From an uncultured OCS116 cluster bacterium (GTDB taxonomy: Bacteria; Pseudomonadota; Alphaproteobacteria; Rhizobiales; TMED25): DNA of 64,000 nt. The position numbers were made by a program, and so were the translations under genes. Location: positions 184,285-248,284 of the forward strand of contig CACBED010000001.1 in assembly GCA_902538185.1 (NCBI GenBank). Reading direction: 5' to 3'. Positions 10,117 to 16,315 of the stretch are shown here, piece by piece. Each line of letters begins with the position of its first letter. Position 1 is the first letter of the stretch. The notes beneath the pieces were generated by a model. That model was not told where the DNA came from, did not search any database, and saw only the letters and a program-made list of their open reading frames with translations.

Positions 10117-10944
10117 TTATTCAAACAGATCGTTATGGGGTAATGGATAATTGGTAATTAATAGCTCTTTACCGACACCCGCATGAGCTTTTTTGATATT
10201 ATTCATTCCATACTGCAACTGCCATTCTTTTTGGTTAAAATCTTTGTATAGATTTGTAATAAATTCACAATTATCGTAGGTAATTAAAAATTGATGTTTA
10301 GTCTTGGATAATACTGCATGAAGACGCTCATGATCAAAGTCTATGTGAAGGTCACCATTTTTTCCGTAAAGTGCGGATTTACTTGCTGAAAAATAGGGGG
10401 GATCTATAAATAAAAATACATTATTTCCGCTCATTTTAATGATCTGCTCATAATCTTCTGAGTACAGTTTGAACTCTTTAATCACAGAATGTGACTGGCG
10501 TAATCTTTCGATAGATGTATGCGTAAACCTTTTCTGAAAGGACTCTTCTGAATAGCCGCCACTATCTGCAATACCTGAAAAAGTTATTCTATTTAAAATA
10601 AAAAAATCAATGCCGCGATCTAAAATTGTTAGATTTGAGTCTCTCCTTTCCATGACCTCCGCGTACAGCTTTTTACCATCTTTATAACTGTCACAAATAT
10701 TAATTAAGCGTAGACATAATTCATCTATATCCTCCTTAACTGAGTGCCATAGCGCATATAATTCATAATTCAAATCATTAGCAATTAGTTTTTTAACCTC
10801 AAAATCCTGTTGAATGTAAAAGCCAAAAGATCCCCCACCAAAAAAAGGCTCTCTATATTCTCTAAATTTTTCAGGAACAAAATCTCTAAGAAAGTTAATA
10901 GCTCTAGACTTTCCACCTGGGTATCTCAAGGGGCTCTTAATCAT
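10117..10944 (-). CDS. DNA N6-adenine methyltransferase, D12 class (Dam-like, alpha group)
   Basis: It has an N-terminal PLRYPGGKSR, the AdoMet motif I FFGGGS, and the catalytic motif IV DPPY (nt 10393-10404). The I-to-IV order indicates the alpha group. Confidence 0.85.
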   Translation of the reverse strand: MIKSPLRYPGGKSRAINFLRDFVPEKFREYREPFFGGGSFGFYIQQDFEVKKLIANDLNYELYALWHSVKEDIDELCLRLINICDSYKDGKKLYAEVMERRDSNLTILDRGIDFFILNRITFSGIADSGGYSEESFQKRFTHTSIERLRQSHSVIKEFKLYSEDYEQIIKMSGNNVFLFIDPPYFSASKSALYGKNGDLHIDFDHERLHAVLSKTKHQFLITYDNCEFITNLYKDFNQKEWQLQYGMNNIKKAHAGVGKELLITNYPLPHNDLFE

Positions 10945-11025
10945 TTCTCAAATTCGTTTAAAGTTATTGGTGCCTGAAGTGACATTATTTATCTTTTGTA
11001 TTTCTTTTTTTGTAGATGGGTTTCA

Positions 11026-11053
11026 TGGTATACTTTTTATACACAGTTTGACA
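11026..11053. promoter_or_regulatory. candidate overlapping divergent promoters between methyltransferase and helicase operon
   Basis: On the + strand there is an extended -10-like TGgTATACT (11026-11034), about 42 nt before the 11076 ATG. On the - strand there is TTGTCA-N16-TATACC (11053 to 11026), upstream of the methyltransferase gene. The two share the palindrome GTATAC (11028-11033). This is pattern only. Confidence 0.25.
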
Positions 11054-11075
11054 ATTTTTAATTACGAGTGATTTT

Positions 11076-13214
11076 ATGGCCCTTAGGGATTGTAAGTTTG
11101 AACGCACCTATAAAACCGATGAAGTCGGCAATGATGGTATGGGCCATTTCTACCAGGCTGCCCTAAAGAATTCAATTAAATGGAGAGCTGCATCGGGCTA
11201 TTTCACCTCATCATTTTTAGAACTCTTCAAAAAAGAAGTTCTGCAATTTGTAATAGATGGCGGTAAGATAGAATTAGTTTGCAGCCAAGTCCTAAAAGAA
11301 GATGATATAGAAAAGATAGAGAATGGCTATCTTTTGCGGTACAGCATTTACAATGAGATAATAGAAACTGTTTTACAGGAAATGATCGATAACGAAGATC
11401 ATAAGGATGCAATCGGGTTTCTTGCAACGCTCATTAAGTTCGAGAAACTTGATATAAAAATTAATTTTTACAAAGACAAGAATGGAATTATGCATATTAA
11501 AAGCGGCTATTTCTCTGACAAAAACAATAAAGATGCCGTTGCCTATAACGGTTCTGGAAATCTTACATATATGGGGGCTGGAGAAGAGGGAAATTTTGAA
11601 ACGCATGATGTATTTAATTCATGGGATGAGACCGATAGGTATCAAGATAAAAAAGAATTGGTTGATGAGTTATGGGAAAATAAAAGGAAAAATCATGAAG
11701 TGATTGATTTTCCTGAGGTTGCCAAGGATCGACTTAGGACCTATTCCAAAAATGATTTAGCAGAGCTAGATACGCCAAATATAAAGAAAAATAATTATAG
11801 TTCTGCATCCCAAAATAGTGATCCTGGGACGAAGGTTGCATTGAAAAAAAGTAAATTAGACAACCTATTTCCATATCAGGAAGAAACTATAGAAAATTGG
11901 TATAAAAATTCACAAAGAGGAATTATTAAGCATGCAACTGGCGTTGGCAAGACCATCACAGCATTAAAGATAGTTTATGATCATATGGAAAAAGGAAAGC
12001 CTGTGCTCATTATTGTTCCAACGGACCCACTGCAAGCTCAATGGCATAAAGAAATAAGAAATGAAATATCAAATGCTTCAGTCGTTCTCTGCGGTGGGAA
12101 GGGTAATAACAAATGGAAAAACATGAATTTCTATCATATGCTAAAAAGTACTGTAAATAACAATCCTGGGCTCATAATAATTAGCGTGGTTAAGACGGCC
12201 ACAGAAAATGAAACATTCCAAAACAAAATATCGAATAATTTATCAGATGCATTGCTCGTCGTCGACGAAGTGCATCACATTGCAACAAAAAATAGAATTA
12301 AAATTTTGGATTTTCAAGTCGAATCAAAGTTAGGGTTAAGTGCAACCCCTGACATATATAACGATGATGATAATTACTACAACAGAATAATTGATTATTT
12401 TGGAGGCATTATTGAACCAAAAATTGAATTAAAAGATGCGATTTGGAAATATGGTAGACTTTCTTTTTATGAGTATCATCCAAATTTTCTATATCTCACT
12501 GAGTCAGAGGAAGATGAATGGTTAAGCTATACAAAGAGAATAAAAAAACTCAGAGGGATAAAAAATAGTAGTAAAAGTGACTCCAATAAAATTGATCAGG
12601 ATATTAAATTGCTACTAATACAGAGGGCGAGGATAGTTAAAACGGCAGAAAATAAAGCCACAGTTATTCCTGAGATTTTGGAAAAGTATTATCTACCTGG
12701 ACAGTCTTGGCTCATTTATTGCCAAGAGGATACACAGTTATCTGAAGCAAAGAGATTAGTTGATGAATGCCAGATAGAATATATTTTTCAGTACACCTCA
12801 AAGAATATAGGTAATAGAGATGTCGAGCTAGATAATTTTAAAAATATGGGAGGGGTTCTGCTTGCAGTGAATTGTCTTGATGAAGGTATTGATATACCAC
12901 AAATCACGCACGCCATTATACTAGCTTCATCAAAGAATCCTCGACAGTTTGTTCAGAGAAGGGGCAGAGTATTAAGAAAGGGAGCCGGTAACAAAAGCAA
13001 TGCCCATATATACGACTGTTTCATTGAGCCAAAGGACAATTACGAAGACTTTGATGGAATTATGCGAAATGAGATGAAAAGAGCAGAGGAGATGGCAGAC
13101 GCAGCCACAAATAAAGACTCATCGTTGCTACTCATCAGAGAAAGACTTGATTTACTTATTGAAAATAGTATAGAATTCTCTGGTCTTTATGATGAGAATG
13201 AAGAAAATTACTAA
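11076..13214 (+). CDS. HKD (phospholipase-D family) nuclease domain fused to SF2 DEAD/DEAH-type (ResIII-like) helicase
   Basis: There is a single HKD motif, MHIKSGYFSD...NGSGNLT (nt 11493-11561). The helicase motifs are I HATGVGKT (11934-11954), II VVDEVHH (12264-12275), III LSATP and VI QRRGRVLR. Confidence 0.85.
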   Translation: MALRDCKFERTYKTDEVGNDGMGHFYQAALKNSIKWRAASGYFTSSFLELFKKEVLQFVIDGGKIELVCSQVLKEDDIEKIENGYLLRYSIYNEIIETVLQEMIDNEDHKDAIGFLATLIKFEKLDIKINFYKDKNGIMHIKSGYFSDKNNKDAVAYNGSGNLTYMGAGEEGNFETHDVFNSWDETDRYQDKKELVDELWENKRKNHEVIDFPEVAKDRLRTYSKNDLAELDTPNIKKNNYSSASQNSDPGTKVALKKSKLDNLFPYQEETIENWYKNSQRGIIKHATGVGKTITALKIVYDHMEKGKPVLIIVPTDPLQAQWHKEIRNEISNASVVLCGGKGNNKWKNMNFYHMLKSTVNNNPGLIIISVVKTATENETFQNKISNNLSDALLVVDEVHHIATKNRIKILDFQVESKLGLSATPDIYNDDDNYYNRIIDYFGGIIEPKIELKDAIWKYGRLSFYEYHPNFLYLTESEEDEWLSYTKRIKKLRGIKNSSKSDSNKIDQDIKLLLIQRARIVKTAENKATVIPEILEKYYLPGQSWLIYCQEDTQLSEAKRLVDECQIEYIFQYTSKNIGNRDVELDNFKNMGGVLLAVNCLDEGIDIPQITHAIILASSKNPRQFVQRRGRVLRKGAGNKSNAHIYDCFIEPKDNYEDFDGIMRNEMKRAEEMADAATNKDSSLLLIRERLDLLIENSIEFSGLYDENEENY

Positions 13215-13235
13215 TAAACTATAATTTTAGAACCC

Positions 13236-13436
13236 ATGACAAATCCGCAGAAAATTACAAGCGTTAGACTTCTCAAGGACTCACTGGAGAAATCAGATGA
13301 GTCTTCAGAGCTTCAAATAAATCATGATCTGCTTGAAAAATTATATGAGATGTTTGCGAATGAAACAACTTATCCTAATAAAAGTCCTATAAATGGACTT
13401 CAACGTATATTGGATACGCATAATGGAAATAAATGA
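13236..13436 (+). CDS. 66-aa acidic hypothetical micro-protein between helicase and ATPase genes
   Basis: The ORF starts 21 nt after the helicase stop. Its stop overlaps the ATPase ATG (13423) by 14 nt. There is no obvious Shine-Dalgarno sequence and no recognisable motif. Confidence 0.35.
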   Translation: MTNPQKITSVRLLKDSLEKSDESSELQINHDLLEKLYEMFANETTYPNKSPINGLQRILDTHNGNK

Positions 13437-15396
13437 AATCAAGCTCGAAAATTGGATGCCGTATTACGGCAAGCAATCTATTCAATTATCTCACGGAAAA
13501 GATAGAAATGTAAATATTGTACTTGCAAGAAACGGTAAAGGTAAAACATCTGTTATGTATGCTGTATTTTGGTGTTTATACGGTAAGGTTATGGATAACA
13601 GGACAAGAGAACAATTAGCCGAAAGTGAATATTTAAATTTTCGTGCTTTGGATGAGGGTGACCTTAGGTGCTCAGTTCAAATCATTTTCATGCATAAGGG
13701 GATAGAGTATGAGTTTACAAGAGCTGCTGATTATTCTGGGGGGGATGCAAAAACCACATTCTCAGCCCGCAGGGATCGAGCCAGTATTAGTAACACTGAT
13801 GCACAATCCGAAATTTTAAGGATAGTTCCAGAAAGAATGGCAAGGTTTTGGTTGCTTGATGCTAAGCTACTAGATGAATATTTCCAGCTTCTCGCCTCAA
13901 AGAGTCATGGGCAAGTCAAAGAATTTGAGAGAGATATTAAAAAAGCATTGGGCTTTGAAGTTTTTCAGACTGCGGAAAATCTGTTCGGTCAATATCATGG
14001 TAAGCTAAATTCCATGGTAAAAAATGACGCAGCTCAGGATAAAAGGAAAGTGAAACTAGTCGATGAACACAACATAGTAACAACTAAGATTAAAAATGCA
14101 GATGAAGAGATAAAAAACCTCGAGAAGATAATAGAAGACAATCAAGTTATAGTAGATCAGGTTAGTAATGCGATTAAAGATGTTCAGGAGCTTGCCGAAG
14201 CGAGTGCTAGTATAAAAGCAAATAAAATAAAAATTGATGAATGTGACAATAAAATAGAGGTATTGGAAGGCGAATTACGAAAATTGAATGATGGCTTGTG
14301 GTCATGTATCTTTGTTGAAGAAAGCAGGGATTTACAAAGTAAAACCCAAAATCGAATTAATCAAATCATGATGGAACAAAATAATTTCCGTGATATTGAA
14401 GCAAAAGTTGAAGTAATAAGAAATTCTTTAAATAATGAATGCTGTGAAATATGTAATTCGCCAGTTAGCCAATCAGCATCAGATTTTCTAAATAGGAAGC
14501 TTACAGAATTGGAGAGTAAAATCAATGTTCAGGATCAGGAAGATGAAAAACATTTTTTGAGAAATACACTAAATATACTAAAAGAAGCTGAAAAAGATGC
14601 TGACATGAAGGTCAAACAAAAGGTAATCGACATTTCAAATGATATTGGAAAGATACATACAGATAGAGTTGGTTACGAGACTCTTTACAATGAAGCGAAA
14701 GACAAAAGAAAAAATTATAACACCAATGATCTCTCCCTAGATCAGGAGATTAAGAAGTTAAAGACAGCCGAAAACATGATTGAGCGATCACAAACCGGTA
14801 TTAAGGATCAAAACGAAATCATAGAAAAGGCTAACGATAGGATTAAAGAGATAGAAGACACCGATTTATGGAAAGCGACTATTGAGAGCAGTGGTAATAA
14901 AAAAAAATTAGACCAATTAAATGCTCTAATATCAATCTTTAAATCTGCAAATAACGCCTATGTAAAGGAATTCGGTGAAGGTATTGAGGATACTGCAAAT
15001 GAGATATTTACAGAGATGTACACAGCAGAGACAGCAAAAAAGAAAATTAACCTGAACAGAAGATTTGGGCTAGATCTATACATTGGAAATAAAAAAATGC
15101 GTTATAGCACAGGAATGGCGGTTATGTCTCTACTCACTTTTTCATTGGCACTCAACAGATATCAAGAATTTGAGAGGCCAATGATTACCGATGAAATATT
15201 ATCTGATCTTGATGATGAACACAAAAGTAGCACCATTAAGTCACTTGCAAATTTATCTAGTCAGGTTCTGATATTTGCCCATAGCGGTACACAAATTGAA
15301 AACATTAAAGAATTGCTGCAGGATAGACTGGGTTATTACTACACAATTGATAATATAGACGAGCATTATAATTCTATCAAAAAAGAGCAGATTTGA
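13423..15396 (+). CDS. Rad50/SbcC/DndD-like SMC-type ABC ATPase with long coiled coil and central CxxC (zinc-hook-like)
   Basis: The N-terminal IKLENWMPYYG...LARNGKGKTS is a Walker A (13525-13548). About 340 aa of K/E/N/I-rich coiled-coil-like sequence follows, with CCEIC at its centre (14440-14454). The C-terminal part has the signature-like YSTGM, the Walker B PMITDE (15181-15195), the D-loop SDLD and the H-loop FAHS. I prefer the ATG at 13423 over the listed 13393 because the ABC N-terminal consensus begins there. Confidence 0.8.
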   Translation: MEINEIKLENWMPYYGKQSIQLSHGKDRNVNIVLARNGKGKTSVMYAVFWCLYGKVMDNRTREQLAESEYLNFRALDEGDLRCSVQIIFMHKGIEYEFTRAADYSGGDAKTTFSARRDRASISNTDAQSEILRIVPERMARFWLLDAKLLDEYFQLLASKSHGQVKEFERDIKKALGFEVFQTAENLFGQYHGKLNSMVKNDAAQDKRKVKLVDEHNIVTTKIKNADEEIKNLEKIIEDNQVIVDQVSNAIKDVQELAEASASIKANKIKIDECDNKIEVLEGELRKLNDGLWSCIFVEESRDLQSKTQNRINQIMMEQNNFRDIEAKVEVIRNSLNNECCEICNSPVSQSASDFLNRKLTELESKINVQDQEDEKHFLRNTLNILKEAEKDADMKVKQKVIDISNDIGKIHTDRVGYETLYNEAKDKRKNYNTNDLSLDQEIKKLKTAENMIERSQTGIKDQNEIIEKANDRIKEIEDTDLWKATIESSGNKKKLDQLNALISIFKSANNAYVKEFGEGIEDTANEIFTEMYTAETAKKKINLNRRFGLDLYIGNKKMRYSTGMAVMSLLTFSLALNRYQEFERPMITDEILSDLDDEHKSSTIKSLANLSSQVLIFAHSGTQIENIKELLQDRLGYYYTIDNIDEHYNSIKKEQI

Positions 15397-15779
15397 TGTA
15401 CTTTAATTTTGAAAAATTTAAAAGATTTGGATTTGATGAGGCCGAAGACGTTATCGTTAAAAAATGGGTTGAGAACAAAATATTTAGTGATGAAAAGTAT
15501 GCTTTTCAGCTTGCATTAGCATTAGCTAATAAACTTCATTTAAAGCCTCAAATTATGAAAAGATTTAAGCAGAAATATGCACCGGGCACTGTGGATTCTG
15601 TTACTGCACTTTGTGAGTTGACAGCAAATAATTACGCTAAAGAATATCCTGATAAATGCGCGCAAGATACCATACATGTACTGGCGTCAATGCTTGCTTC
15701 TGCGGGAGTGAGATATATAGATGAAAATATTATATTAGATGGACAAAATATTGATATAGAAAAGTTGTTCCAAAATTAA
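15396..15779 (+). CDS. 127-aa hypothetical protein, last gene of the helicase/ATPase operon
   Basis: Its ATG overlaps the ATPase stop as TGATG. It looks helical and has no motif I can name. Its size and position resemble dndE after dndD, but homology is unverified. Confidence 0.55.
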   Translation: MYFNFEKFKRFGFDEAEDVIVKKWVENKIFSDEKYAFQLALALANKLHLKPQIMKRFKQKYAPGTVDSVTALCELTANNYAKEYPDKCAQDTIHVLASMLASAGVRYIDENIILDGQNIDIEKLFQN

Positions 15780-15817
15780 AGTATTCATTAGAGATATCAT
15801 TTTTTTCAGGAAATTTA

Positions 15818-16306
15818 TTATTCAAATTTAGATTTATATTTCTGAACGATATATTGTATGTCGTCATTCCATTCTATTACAGCTTTCTCCATGCCTCTGA
15901 AATTTCTATTCTTATCGAGGAAACCAATTATTGTTCTCAATAATTTGTTATAGCGCTTTTTAGAATTTGGCTCTCCCCACTCTTGCATATATGCGCCTCC
16001 GCCGATAAAAGGAAGTTGCTGAGTCATTACTTCATCAATAATATATCGCCTGCTTTTCTCTGGTGCACCCATATTTCCAACATTATAACCCATAAGGGAT
16101 AGCAAGCCTTTCTCTGGACGCAAAGCTTTTTTATGGGGGAACTTCATTGCAATTTCTGATCTCCTGGCCCATTCAGATCTTATTATGATAATTTGCTCTT
16201 CGGCTTGTGCTTTCACAGTTGGTTTCTCAAGATATTTAATTGCATTTTCGTATAACCGGAAAATCTCAATATCATTTAATTTCTTAATTTTATCAGCTGA
16301 GATCAT
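15818..16306 (-). CDS. 162-aa basic hypothetical protein, convergent with the operon
   Basis: This is a clean ORF filling the gap between the operon end and the ThDP-enzyme gene. It is K/R-rich and I recognise no family. Confidence 0.5.
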   Translation of the reverse strand: MISADKIKKLNDIEIFRLYENAIKYLEKPTVKAQAEEQIIIIRSEWARRSEIAMKFPHKKALRPEKGLLSLMGYNVGNMGAPEKSRRYIIDEVMTQQLPFIGGGAYMQEWGEPNSKKRYNKLLRTIIGFLDKNRNFRGMEKAVIEWNDDIQYIVQKYKSKFE

Positions 16307-16315
16307 GGGTTTAAG

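Noticed and set aside
10117-10944. The methyltransferase as an orphan cell-cycle (CcrM-like) enzyme
   Set aside because: CcrM-type enzymes are beta-group, with DPPY preceding the AdoMet motif. This protein is alpha-group D12 class with a YPGGK N-terminus. It is paired divergently with a nuclease/helicase operon. An orphan Dam-like role is not formally excluded.
13393-13422. Upstream start (MDFNVYWIRI...) listed for the ATPase ORF
   Set aside because: The ABC/Rad50-type N-terminal consensus (I..I.L.N...Y) begins at the Met at 13423. The extra 10 codons would increase the overlap with the 66-aa ORF. The alternative cannot be fully excluded.
10117-16306. Lower G+C in the defence-like island as evidence of horizontal transfer
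   Set aside because: Hand counts of a few 60-nt lines gave about 25-38% G+C inside the island. The right flank gave about 47% (ThDP gene), but the left flank gave only about 25% (LysE gene). The signal is not distinct without a proper windowed computation.
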